A DNA stretch of 32,000 nucleotides, from contig NZ_AP012549.1 in the NCBI RefSeq assembly GCF_000829235.1, forward strand, positions 990,001-1,022,000, read 5' to 3'. Numbering within the stretch: the first letter of the stretch is position 1; each line of letters opens with the position of its first letter. Shown one piece after another: positions 1 to 9,872 of the stretch. Source of the DNA: a cyanobacterium endosymbiont of Epithemia turgida isolate EtSB Lake Yunoko. Lineage in GTDB: Bacteria; Cyanobacteriota; Cyanobacteriia; Cyanobacteriales; Microcystaceae. The translations under genes were made by a program, and so were the position numbers. Under the pieces are notes generated by a model. That model was not told the DNA's origin and made no database searches. It saw nothing but the letters and a program-made list of their open reading frames with translations.

Positions 1-825
1 CCGGAAGAATTGCAAGAGATTGAGACTTTAATTAATAGTTGGATCTCCGAAGCGTACGATACCCAGATATCAGTTATGGAGTTAAAAAAAGCTAGAGATA
101 AAGGAGCAATTGCTATGTTTGGGGAAAAATATAGCACAGAAGTTCGGGTGATAGATATTCCAGGAGTTTCTATGGAATTATGTGGGGGAACTCATGTTAA
201 GAATACTGCCGAGATTGGACTATTTAAAATTATTCATGAAAGTGGTATTTCTTCAGGAGTAAGACGTATTGAAGCGGTAGCAGGTCATGCGGTTTTAGAA
301 TATTTAAATGTGCGGGAAATAGTAATCAAAGAACTTTGTGATCGCTTTAAAATTAAACCCGAAGAAATTAGCAATCGTATTAAATCTTTACAATCTGAAT
401 TAAAAACTACTCAGAAAACATTAGAATTAGTAAAGCAAGAACTTGCTATTGCTAAATCTGATAAATTATTGAGTGAAGCTGAGGCGGTTGGTTCCTTTAA
501 GATTTTAGTTTCAGAGATGGGAGATCTAGAAGGAAAAGATTTACAAACTGCGGCAGAAAGACTACAACAAAAATTAGGAGAAGCTGCGGTTATTTTAGCT
601 TCAGTTTCTAGTGAAGGAAAGGTTAATTTAGTGGCTGCATTTAGTAAAAAAGTTAACAAAGAAAAGAAACTGATGGCAGGCAAGTTCATCGGTGAAATTG
701 CCCAAATCTGCGGAGGAGGTGGCGGAGGTAGTCCTAATTTAGCTCAGGCAGGGGGAAAGAATACTAGAAAGTTAGCTGAAGCTTTATTAATGGCTAAACA
801 GCGGTTAATAGAGCAGTTGCAATAA
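1..825 (+). CDS. alaS: Alanine--tRNA ligase, C-terminal part (5' end lies outside the window)
   Basis: The reading frame is open from base 1, so the M at 10 is internal. It contains the AlaRS second-additional/editing-domain motif FGEKY...MELCGGTHV...GVRRIEAV and the C-terminal DHHA1-type G-rich motif CGGGGGGSPNLAQAGG. Stop codon TAA at 823-825. Confidence 0.9.
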   Translation, partial: PEELQEIETLINSWISEAYDTQISVMELKKARDKGAIAMFGEKYSTEVRVIDIPGVSMELCGGTHVKNTAEIGLFKIIHESGISSGVRRIEAVAGHAVLEYLNVREIVIKELCDRFKIKPEEISNRIKSLQSELKTTQKTLELVKQELAIAKSDKLLSEAEAVGSFKILVSEMGDLEGKDLQTAAERLQQKLGEAAVILASVSSEGKVNLVAAFSKKVNKEKKLMAGKFIGEIAQICGGGGGGSPNLAQAGGKNTRKLAEALLMAKQRLIEQLQ

Positions 826-838
826 TGACAAAAAAGGG

Positions 839-871
839 TGAGGAGAAAATTATTTTACTTTTTCTCCCTCA
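839..871 (+). terminator. Imperfect hairpin just downstream of alaS (possible terminator)
   Basis: The core stem is ggagaaaa (842-849) pairing with ttttctcc (860-867) around a 10-nt loop. It extends to tgagg/ccctca with a 1-nt bulge. No clear T-run follows, so the terminator call is weak. Confidence 0.3.
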
Positions 872-2189
872 GCCCCAATTCTAAACTCAGTGCTTTTCCT
901 GATGTAAGTTATCATCTTAGATGAAGCAAAAATTTTAATATCTCAAACACATAAATTTATTCCATAAACCAATACTATTTGAGTAGTGAAAGAATTGAAG
1001 ATAATAATTTAAATTAATTAGAGAGCCGGTTTCTGTCAATTCAATCAATTAAGTAAGTATCGTCTTTTCGGTATTAATTCTCATTACTGTTTAATAAGTA
1101 GTTCTTCTTATTTACTCATGACCATCTCATTATACAAATGATACTTTGATCTTAACCTATAAGATAAGTAATCACACTACGATTATGTTATGTCCAACAA
1201 CATGGGCTAGTCTGTAGTTGTGATAATTAAAAACCTTTTTGAGGCCTTGCTAAGTCTACTTGATGTGAATTTTATTTTAGCTCATCATCATTTCATGTTT
1301 TAACTAATCAGCTTTTTTGTACTAAAAATAACTAATTGTTAATTAATGAATTATGATATTATTATTTTAAATATATTCAATAACTATAAAAATTAAGTTT
1401 TTATAGAAAAAATAAATATTTATTAAACAACACTTTTATTTATTTAATCATATTTTTTTATAGCTAACTTAGAAAATTTATAACATTAATAATTTCTTAA
1501 TAATAAATAATACAAATTTTACTTTTGGTATTGGTTATATTAGGATATTTGCTGCCTTATAAATTCTCCTATAATTTAGGATTTCCTTTTTTATTGGTCT
1601 AGAGAAACCAAACTATGGAAGATTAAATAATCATCCTATCTTATTAATCTGATAGCTAACCATCCCTGGACTATTAATTGCTAGGTGGAGGTTTTCTAAA
1701 ATATCTGATTCCCAATGTTTGGTTTATCTTTTGATTGTATCCAATGACCATTATGAGTTAAGTCCTAATTGCAATAAACAAGTTAATTGTCCTTAGTTAA
1801 TTTTACAAAAACTTACTGATCGGGCATCGTAATAAGTAGTAAATCCAATAACTCGCTTATCGACAAAGAGATTAGTGATGTTTTAGAGTATATTCAATAA
1901 CATTTTCTGGTTCTTCAACACGAAGTCTTACCCAAGGAGTTTCATGATGAAAACAAATTTTGAGTAAAAATAACTTTTATATTTCAGCAGATAAAAATAT
2001 TATCTATTTGCTCCAAAGGTCTTTGTTGCTGATTAAAAAACATGTTAATTGCCCCGAATTTAACTATAATTTTTACGTTATAACGTCTCTATGTTTTACC
2101 TTGGAGCAAGGATTCATAATCAAGGAAATTTTTTATAAACCTGTTTGTGATATGATCACTTATTTCTGAGTTAAAAACCTCTTTATTGT

Positions 2190-3346
2190 TACAATGTCTG
2201 CAATGGCTTTTTAGTACGGTGAGTTACCTCAAAAATACCCAAAATCACTGTTTCGACATATTCTTTGACCAAGTAGGAATACAAGGACCAGTCATCTTGA
2301 GCCATCCTTAGGCTATGAGAGAGCTTTCGATCTAAAGATTGCAAAAAATTCAGCGTATCAAGTTAATACAATAAATTGTTCCAACTTATTTTCGGGGATG
2401 ATCTCACTACAATGATAGATGGCGGGCGATTACCGTTACGATGGTGCTCTTTTTTCATGGCGAACGACTCAAAAGCTATGAAGACTTAACAATATATATC
2501 ACTAAAGAAGTCATGGATTAACTTCCAACAGATAAATCATTTCTAGCACGAAGTGCCATGCAATCTGCCTCTCTAAAAGTTTTTACGGAAACTATCTTTG
2601 GAATCAATCAGTCGGGGAGAGTTTTCCTGAAGACTCCAGAGTCTTATAGGTCAGTTGTACAGATATTCTTTTTTTGCTAATGGAAGCGCGAGACAAAACA
2701 GGAGAAACCCTTAATGATAATGAATTATTACGCGATGAACTAATAGTCCTATAAATTGCAGGTCATAAAACAAGACAGCGATGACCTGTAATTTATGTTG
2801 GCTTCATCATTCCTTCGACGTCAAAAAACTCCTTTTCAAAGAGTTAGCTAATTTTGAGGATTCGCTTAATCCAATAGCAACCTTCTGTCTCGCTTACTTA
2901 ACGACGATTTGTAGTTAAATTTGACGAATTCTACCGGCGGCGATGTTAACTTTTCCTCAAATCGCCTAAAAATAGGTCGATATTTTGGTTTATTCCATTG
3001 TGCCAAAAACTCTTCATTATGGGCCGTATCTACTTGACCTTGCAACAGGAAAACCTTTATGCTGATATTTGTGAGGTTAGACCAGAACACTTTCTGGAAA
3101 AGCAATATTCTCCCTATGAGTTCGCTCCTTTTGGAGGTCTGGTGGTTTATCGTTGTTTGGAAGAAATTTTAGCTAAATTCGAAACAAAGTTAGTTCTGAA
3201 ATACTATTGTCTCAGGTTATTAACTAAAGTTATGGGAGCAACAACCAGAAACTTATAACGCCATGGCTTGACTTTAATCTCCAACTCGGGGAGTTAAAAT
3301 GATTAAGTTGAAAGTCTTAGACAATTCACCTCAAAGAAAGACCTAA
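2190..3346 (+). pseudogene. Cytochrome P450 pseudogene (CYP120-like cyanobacterial type), with multiple frameshifts and stops
   Basis: Homology is fragmented over several frames. LRDELIVL*IAGHKTRQR (~2730-2790) resembles the I-helix AGHETT. PEHFLEKQYSPYEFAPFGGLVVYRCLEEILAKFETKLVL (ORF 2998..3258) resembles PERF...PFGGGxRxCxG...E.KLVL, the heme-binding loop, here degenerate. A C-terminal PTRGVKMIKLKV fragment ends at TAA 3344-3346. The 5' boundary is approximate. Confidence 0.7.
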
Positions 3347-3397
3347 CTTAATAGAGTCTAAGGTAAAACTCTTGATTTCATATTACTTGCGTCCTGA

Positions 3398-6300
3398 ATG
3401 TTAAAACTTTCCACCCATAGTATTTTAAAAGTCCTCGTCGGCAGTTTATTTGGACTGTGGATAATCTTTGAATTACTCTCCCATCTGGTGGTGGAATCTC
3501 TTTGGTTTCATGAGTTAGGCTATCTGAATTCCTTTTTAAAGCGGTTACTGTGGCAATTTGGGCTATTTGGTATAACAACAGGATTTTCTCTTGTTTTTTT
3601 ACTAAAGAACTTACACCAAGCACAGTATTATCAATGGCATTCTATCCCAGAACCCTATTCTCTCCAGAAAGGACGACACATGAGGAATAGGAGCAATCAC
3701 ATCCAAAAAAACTATCAAACCTCATTTCCGGAATCCCGTTCCTTTGGTCTATCTTGGTTATTAACCCTAGTGATGTTCTTGGGAACACTTATAGGATTAA
3801 TGTTACTATACTACAGTCAAGTTGCTTATGATATTTGGACTCCTGATCTAACTCTTCCAAATATAACTCCCCCGCTTCCTTCTCCTTTTTATTTCAATTC
3901 TATACCAAAACTTTTTTCTCAAATTTACCAGCAGCTTTGGAAAGTTGGAGTTGTTGGGGGATTAATTCTTTTGACTTTATTGAGAAGAAAATACTATCTA
4001 AAAGCCATGGCTATCATTTTTAGTATTATTTTTGGCTTAGTAATATCAGGGAATTGGACAAAAATTCTTCAGTATTTTAACTCAAACCTTTTTTTGACAA
4101 TAGATCCTCAATTTGGTAGAGACATCAGTTTCTATGTTTTTGAGTTACCGTTTTGGAAATTGCTTAATTTTTGGTTAGGTGGACTATTTATCTACGGCTT
4201 TGTCGCCGTTAGCCTTACTTATCTCCTATCGGCTAACAGTCTTTCTCAAGGAGAATTTCCAGGGTTTTCGCGCCACCAACTACGTCATCTGTATCTATTA
4301 GGCGGTTTAACTATCTCGATTGTAGGATTGCGCCATTGGTTGAACCGTTATGATCTTTTATATTCTCCCCGTGGAGTAGTTTATGGGGCAAGTTACGCCG
4401 ATATCCATGTGTCATTACCGGTGGATACCACCCTATGCGTCTTAGTCACAGTGATCGCTGTGTGGTTACTTGTTAAAGCTATAACAGGATTCGGTCCCCC
4501 CCCCCCTGTACAACCTCTTAAAAGTAAGAATAGACCTTATTTTCCTTTTTCTACCCTTCCTTTTATTTTATATTTAATAATTCTCTTTTTTGGTTCATTC
4601 GCGACTGAAGTAGTTCAAAGTTTTGTGGTTGAACCGAATGAATTAGTACGAGAACGCCCTTATATTGAACGGAGTATTGCCCTAACCCGTGCCGCGTTTA
4701 ATTTAGATAAAATTCAAATCGAAACCCTTGATGCTACTGGAACCCTGACAGATGAAGATCTGCAAGATAATCGCCTAACTATCAAAAATATTCGTCTGTG
4801 GGATGCTCGTCCTTTACTGCAAACAAACCGTCAACTGCAACAGATTCGTCTTTATTATAAATTTCCTGACGCAGACATTGATCGTTACAGAATTCCTATA
4901 GAAAATGAATGCTTATCCTCCAATATAGCTAAACAACAAGTATTAATTGCAGCTAGGGAGCTTGATTATAATGAAGTTCCTGAACAAGCTAAAACCTGGG
5001 TTAACAAACATTTAATTTACACTCACGGCTATGGATTTACTATGTCTCTAGTCAATCGAGTCGATCAAGGGGGATTACCATCCTATGTTGTCCAAAATAT
5101 TGGGACAACCAGCAATGCAGGGGAATTACAAACCTCAAGTGCTAATATTTGTGACAGTATTCCTATTGATAACCCTCGTATCTACTTTGGGGAATTGACC
5201 GATACTTATATCATGACTAATACGGAGTTACAAGAATTAGACTACCCCAGCGGTCAGGATAATGCTTACAATATCTATGATGGTCAAGGAGGTATCTCTA
5301 TTGGTTCGGCGGTACGAAGACTACTATTTGCCGAGTATCTCAAAGACTGGCAAATGCTGTTTACCAAAAATTTTACGTCTCAGACTCGTTTATTGTTTCA
5401 TCGTGATATTAACCGTCGTATTCGTAAAATTGCCCCTTTTCTACACTTTGATCACGATTCTTATTTAGTCAGTGCGAAGGTAGATGACTCTAACTCTAAT
5501 AGGTTAGTCAGTTCCAGTACACTCTATTGGATTGTAGATGCTTATACCACCAGCGGTGGCTATCCTTACTCTGATCCAGGAAAACACAGCTTTAACTATA
5601 TTCGCAACTCCGTCAAAATCGTAATTGATGCCTATAATGGAGACGTACAATTCTATGTTGTTGACCCGAGTGATCCTATCATTGAAACCTGGCAACAAGT
5701 TTTTCCAGACTTATTTAAGCCTCTAGAAGAAATGCCTATCACCCTAAAGGCACATATCCGCTATCCCAAAGACTTGTTTAATACCCAATCAGAAAGACTG
5801 TTAACCTATCACATGACTGATGCTCAGGTATTTTACAATCGTGAAGATCAATGGCGTATTCCCCAGGAAATCTACGGGAGAGAACGACAGCCCATTGAAC
5901 CTTATTATCTTTTAATGCGTGTGACTGGAAAGTCTCAAGAATTTATTTTAATCAACTTTTTTACGCCTACAAGTCGTAACAACTTAATTTCAGGTTTATT
6001 TGCTCAGTCTGATGGAAAAAATTATGGCAAATTAAATTTGATTCAATTACCCAAGCAACGAGTCATTTATGGACCCGAACAAATTGAAGCTTTGATTAAT
6101 CAAGACCCAGTAATTTCTCAACAGATTTCCCTTTGGAATCGTCAGGGATCTCGTGTTATTCAAGGTAATCTTTTAGTCATTCCTTTTTTTGCTGAACAAT
6201 CTCTTCTTTATGTAGAGCCCTTATATTTAGAAGCAGAGCAAAATAGTCTTCCGACGTTGGTAAGAGTCATCGTGATTTATGAAAATAAAATTGTTATGGC

Positions 6301-6415
6301 CCAGAATTTAGATAAGGCACTTAAATCAATTTTTGAACCTTTAAAATCTACTTCTGAGACAATTATTCGATCTCTTACAAAAGGAGAAGGACAAACATTA
6401 CCAGAATTAAAATGA
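3398..6415 (+). CDS. UPF0182 family membrane protein (COG1615-type, ~1000 aa)
   Basis: 1005-aa intact ORF with an N-terminal multi-TM region and a large soluble domain. It carries family-typical blocks: YTHGYGFTMS, FFTPTSRNNLISGLFAQSDGKNYGKL, GPEQIEALINQDPVISQQISLWNRQGSRVIQGNLLVIP and LLYVEPLYLEAE. Confidence 0.85.
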   Translation: MLKLSTHSILKVLVGSLFGLWIIFELLSHLVVESLWFHELGYLNSFLKRLLWQFGLFGITTGFSLVFLLKNLHQAQYYQWHSIPEPYSLQKGRHMRNRSNHIQKNYQTSFPESRSFGLSWLLTLVMFLGTLIGLMLLYYSQVAYDIWTPDLTLPNITPPLPSPFYFNSIPKLFSQIYQQLWKVGVVGGLILLTLLRRKYYLKAMAIIFSIIFGLVISGNWTKILQYFNSNLFLTIDPQFGRDISFYVFELPFWKLLNFWLGGLFIYGFVAVSLTYLLSANSLSQGEFPGFSRHQLRHLYLLGGLTISIVGLRHWLNRYDLLYSPRGVVYGASYADIHVSLPVDTTLCVLVTVIAVWLLVKAITGFGPPPPVQPLKSKNRPYFPFSTLPFILYLIILFFGSFATEVVQSFVVEPNELVRERPYIERSIALTRAAFNLDKIQIETLDATGTLTDEDLQDNRLTIKNIRLWDARPLLQTNRQLQQIRLYYKFPDADIDRYRIPIENECLSSNIAKQQVLIAARELDYNEVPEQAKTWVNKHLIYTHGYGFTMSLVNRVDQGGLPSYVVQNIGTTSNAGELQTSSANICDSIPIDNPRIYFGELTDTYIMTNTELQELDYPSGQDNAYNIYDGQGGISIGSAVRRLLFAEYLKDWQMLFTKNFTSQTRLLFHRDINRRIRKIAPFLHFDHDSYLVSAKVDDSNSNRLVSSSTLYWIVDAYTTSGGYPYSDPGKHSFNYIRNSVKIVIDAYNGDVQFYVVDPSDPIIETWQQVFPDLFKPLEEMPITLKAHIRYPKDLFNTQSERLLTYHMTDAQVFYNREDQWRIPQEIYGRERQPIEPYYLLMRVTGKSQEFILINFFTPTSRNNLISGLFAQSDGKNYGKLNLIQLPKQRVIYGPEQIEALINQDPVISQQISLWNRQGSRVIQGNLLVIPFFAEQSLLYVEPLYLEAEQNSLPTLVRVIVIYENKIVMAQNLDKALKSIFEPLKSTSETIIRSLTKGEGQTLPELK

Positions 6416-7176
6416 ACAACTATCAGACTAAGACTAACGCTCTAATTTTTGGAGCATCAAGAGGAATTGGTTTAGGGTTTGTTAAAGCTCTTCTTGAAAA
6501 ACAAGACGTTAATATTTATGCAACTTATCGTCGTACAAATTTATCCACCGAATTACTTTCTTTGGAAACTACACATCACCAGACACTTCATTGCTTAGCA
6601 GTAGATGTAACAAAAGAAGACCAAATTACTAACCTTTCGGATTATATACAGCAGCAAACGGAATCTAAACTTCATCTAGTAATTAACTGTGTGGGAATTC
6701 TACATCAAGGAACCTTACAACCTGAGAAAAGTCTCAAACATATTAATTTAGAGAACTTGGTTTATTATTTTCAAGTCAATAGCATTGCCTCGGTTTTAAT
6801 TGCTAAACATTTTATGCCATTATTTTGTCATTCTAATAAAAGTATCTTGGCTTTTATTAGTGCAAAAATCGGGAGTATTCATGATAACCATTTAGGAGGT
6901 TGGTATGGCTATCGTGCTTCTAAAGCTGCTCTAAACATGTTTATGAGAACGATTGCCATAGAGTATAGTCGCAAATGCTCCCAAACAATTGTAGTTAGTT
7001 TACATCCTGGAACGACTGATACAGATTTATCAAAACCTTTTCAAAAAAACATTCCCCCCCATCAGTTATTCTCAATAGAGAAAACAGTCAATCAACTACT
7101 AGAAGTGATTTATAGTTTAACTGCAAACGACAGTGGATATTTTATTTCCTGGGAGGGCAATCGTGTGCTCTGGTAG
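6412..7176 (+). CDS. Short-chain dehydrogenase/reductase (C-factor-like SDR)
   Basis: Has the cofactor motif GASRGIGLG near the N-terminus and the catalytic YRASKAALN (YxxxK). The ATG overlaps the upstream stop as ATGA (6412-6415). Confidence 0.85.
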   Translation: MNNYQTKTNALIFGASRGIGLGFVKALLEKQDVNIYATYRRTNLSTELLSLETTHHQTLHCLAVDVTKEDQITNLSDYIQQQTESKLHLVINCVGILHQGTLQPEKSLKHINLENLVYYFQVNSIASVLIAKHFMPLFCHSNKSILAFISAKIGSIHDNHLGGWYGYRASKAALNMFMRTIAIEYSRKCSQTIVVSLHPGTTDTDLSKPFQKNIPPHQLFSIEKTVNQLLEVIYSLTANDSGYFISWEGNRVLW

Positions 7177-8172
7177 CTTTATTGAAGTTAAGTCTTAACT
7201 CAACTTTAATAAGAAGAACTATTTTACCCTCGATTGATTTCTGATTGACGTAATTAACATTGTTCTTAATTAAACTTAGTTTGTTCTTAGAAGATGACAG
7301 CATTCTCTTTGATAAGAGTAAATATATACTATCAAGTTTTAACTAAAACTAACAGACTTTCCATAATAATTAATCCCGTCGCTCAAAATTGCCACCTTAT
7401 CACAGTAAAAAAAGTAATGCCTAATACATACACTATTGCTGCTATCCCTAAAGTGCGGGACTTCAGACTTAAGTCCTCACCCTATTAATGAGTATCCGAT
7501 GGCATATAATCTTAACTAAAGATGAGATAGATACATTAATACCTAATTTAAACAAATTACCACAGTCATTAAGAATAACTCACACTAAACATCAAAGATA
7601 GCCCGAGCACAGAGTATCTATTGGATGAGTTTTACCTTCTCCTAAAAATAGATTGAGCTAATCATTCTAGTTGTTCCTATTTCAATGAAAATAGACCCAA
7701 AAATTGTTTGGTTTATCCACCTGACAGAAGAAAATTGAGAAGTCATAAAAATAGCTACTGATAATAGACATAAAACAACAAAAACTTTATTTGAATTGTC
7801 TAAATAGTGTTTTAAAACCTGCAAAACGAGTTTATTTAGATTTAAAAAGTCCATTTAAGGTGTCAAAGTATGTAAATCACAATTTTTAATCGTTTAACTA
7901 ACTAAATTATCAGTTAACTTAACATATAAGTTATTTTCTGGTAAAACCAGAAAGTCTATTTTTATTGAAAATTAATCCCTTTCAATTATTAAGTCTTCTC
8001 GACTTATTTCGACGTTTTTTCGTCAACTTTCTGTTTACAGTTATGATAGTGGCAGGTGATTTATTACACTAATCAACCAACAAATCCTACCCGCAAGGAA
8101 TTGTCTTAGATGTTAGTTTTAAATATTTTAGAGTTGCGCTTATCTTAACGATGAATAACTGAGGAGACTCCC

Positions 8173-8553
8173 GTGAATAATAAGTTCCAAAAATTTGTCT
8201 GGCTCAATAACTTCGGACTTAACTACTTGTTGATATTCTTATTGCTAGGACTGTTTTTGAGTTGGATAGGGTTAGGCTGGGTCCTTAATAGCTTTCTTAT
8301 CCTTGTCGCTTTAATTTTTATTGCTCCAATGATCGTTTTATGGAGAATACGCTGGTGGCTTCAACGGGATTTAGTTGAAAATAAGTGTCCAGTCTGTAGT
8401 TATAGGTTTACGGGATTTAATAAAACTGAAGGCCGATGTCCTAATTGTGGTGAACCTCTCAAGATAGAAGAAGGGCATTTTTATCGCGTTATCCCACCAG
8501 ATACAATTGATATTGATGCTGTAGAAGTCTCTGTCAATCAATTGGAAGACTGA
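8173..8553 (+). CDS. Small membrane protein with C-terminal zinc-ribbon (CPVC...CPNC)
   Basis: 126-aa ORF with a GTG start preceded by GAGGAG (8161-8166). It has two predicted TM helices followed by CPVCSYRF...GRCPNCGEPL. Function unknown. Confidence 0.6.
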   Translation: MNNKFQKFVWLNNFGLNYLLIFLLLGLFLSWIGLGWVLNSFLILVALIFIAPMIVLWRIRWWLQRDLVENKCPVCSYRFTGFNKTEGRCPNCGEPLKIEEGHFYRVIPPDTIDIDAVEVSVNQLED

Positions 8554-8822
8554 TTAAATAAATCATATCAATTGTTGATGATAATAGTTGTTAAGACCTA
8601 ATTTTTAGTGAGTGATCGCAAAGTAACTGTTATATTATTTAAAGTTACGTCGGCTTTTAGCAAAGAAAAGTTGCTCTGCGCGATAAACTAGCTTATAGTC
8701 TAATTCAGACTTTTTAAAAACCCTAAAACAATATTACTCCTTAATGTACAAGAAATTTGTCTCGTAGATAGTTTTCTAGATTGCCAGTAAGGATACCTTT
8801 TAGATATGCTAAACGTATGGAC

Positions 8823-8863
8823 GCCAAGACCCCTACAATGAAAAGTCTTGTAGGGGTCTTGGC
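8823..8863. repeat. Perfect 16-bp hairpin (9-nt loop), relatively GC-rich, 93 nt upstream of the psaC remnant
   Basis: gccaagacccctacaa / tgaaaagtc / ttgtaggggtcttggc, read directly from the sequence. Confidence 0.8.
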
Positions 8864-8955
8864 CGATGAATGAGGAAGCTGCTTCACATACGGACTATCA
8901 GTCTTGAGTGAGATGTGTCATGAAAGAAATCACTCGGCTAAAAAGACGACAATCA

Positions 8956-9208
8956 ATGTCTCATAACGTCGTAAAAATTTACACCATTTGTATCGGCTGC
9001 ACTCAATGTGTTAGGGCTTCTCCCCTTAATGTTTTGAAGATAGATAGTCTTTTGGGATAGCTGCGGGGTTGGTCAGATTGCTTGATCTTCTTATATAGAA
9101 AACTGTATTGATTGTAAGCGACATCAAACAACCTGCCCGACTAATTTCTTTAGTGTATGTGTTTATTTATAGACATACACTGCTCTTGGTATGGGTTTTG
9201 CCTACTTA
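8956..9208 (+). pseudogene. psaC: Photosystem I iron-sulfur centre subunit PsaC, pseudogene
   Basis: The ATG frame gives [35 protein letters not shown] frame shifted by one nt gives [51 protein letters not shown]. Both are collinear with canonical PsaC ([80 protein letters not shown]). Lesions are one frameshift, two in-frame stops, cluster-ligand Cys->Ser (ACP->ASP), Cys->His (KRCE->KRHQ), and stop TAA->TTA. Confidence 0.92.
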
Positions 9209-9271
9209 GGATGTCTTAATTTAAGTGTGCAGCATACTAATTTTTTTATAAAATCTGAGCAACTTTCCCAC

Positions 9272-9307
9272 ATAAAGGGAGCAGTTTGCTCCCTTTATTG
9301 TATTTTT
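9272..9307 (+). terminator. Rho-independent terminator downstream of the psaC remnant
   Basis: Perfect 11-bp stem ataaagggagc / agttt / gctccctttat, followed by tgtattttt. Confidence 0.6.
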
Positions 9308-9359
9308 AAAAAAATTAATTGTAGTGGGGTAAACGATGATGAACCTACAGGTTAAAAAA

Positions 9360-9872
9360 TAAGTTGAAGCAGAGACAGTCCCTGATTTTTATGTAACGAT
9401 TTCGATAATTTTATTACGTTACTCTAATTGCAATAAAGGTTATACGCAAATTATCGTTACTTTTCGTCGTGGAACACTCCCTTCAAACAAAGTATATGAT
9501 AATGACATCAAAATGGAATAAGAGTGGTTCTCACTCTTATTCCATTTTGATAAACAATTGTATTAAGTTAATCTACTGTCTTGCAGATAGATTGCCGCCT
9601 GTTTTTTCTAAAGTTAAGATTAACTAAAAACAGTTCAACAAGTGAAAAAACTTGAACACAGACAGGGAATAAACAAAAACAAACTGTTTAATTTCATAAT
9701 CTTTAGCTAAATTAACTAAGTTTTTGATTCTTTGATAATCTATCTGATACGGTCCCGTCGTATCAAAACTGGAGCTAACTCCAGTAATATTAAGTAGTAT
9801 GTTGCAATCAGTAACAGCCTCGATTAGACTTTCTGATTTGAGAACATCACTAACGACCAACTCAACTTCAGA
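9360..9872 (-). pseudogene. NAD(P)-binding NmrA/PF13460-like atypical SDR, truncated and frameshifted pseudogene
   Basis: Minus-strand fragments lie in three frames. They are EVELVVSDVLKSESLIEAVTDCNILLNITG...QIDYQRIKNLVNLAKDYEIKQFVFVYSLSVFKFFHLLN (ORF 9624..9860), KKQAAIYLQDSRLT*Y, and LFEGSVPRRKVTIICV*PLLQLE*RNKIIEIV. All are collinear with the ~220-aa cyanobacterial/plant NAD(P)H-binding family. The N-terminal GxxGxxG part is missing beyond the palindrome at 9852-9894. Confidence 0.6.
9508..9550. repeat. Perfect 19-bp hairpin (5-nt loop) inside the NmrA-like pseudogene
   Basis: tcaaaatggaataagagtg / gttct / cactcttattccattttga. Confidence 0.85.

Noticed and set aside
411-689. 92-aa minus-strand ORF inside alaS. 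The same issue applies to 5262..5468 and 5504..5698 in UPF0182, 13647..14009 in mlaE, 17593..17784 and 17926..18162 in the carbamoyltransferase gene, 25698..25886 in the TPR gene, and 30031..30216 in uxs.
   Set aside because: These are antisense or off-frame shadow ORFs wholly inside strongly supported genes. They have low-complexity or odd composition and no recognisable motifs.
1960-2169. Stand-alone ORFs in AT-rich deserts: 1960..2169, 7294..7488, 7642..7854, 10978..11184, 14493..14711, 19330..19512, 21427..21615 and 29287..29550
   Set aside because: Several use non-ATG starts, have I/N/K/F/Y-dominated composition expected from AT-rich DNA, and show no motifs or ribosome-binding sites. 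One (19330..19512) is spanned by a perfect hairpin. At best they are remnants.
2866-3623. Minus-strand ORFs 2866..3105 and 3378..3623
   Set aside because: The first is antisense to the P450 pseudogene. The second overlaps the UPF0182 start region on the opposite strand. Neither has supporting features.
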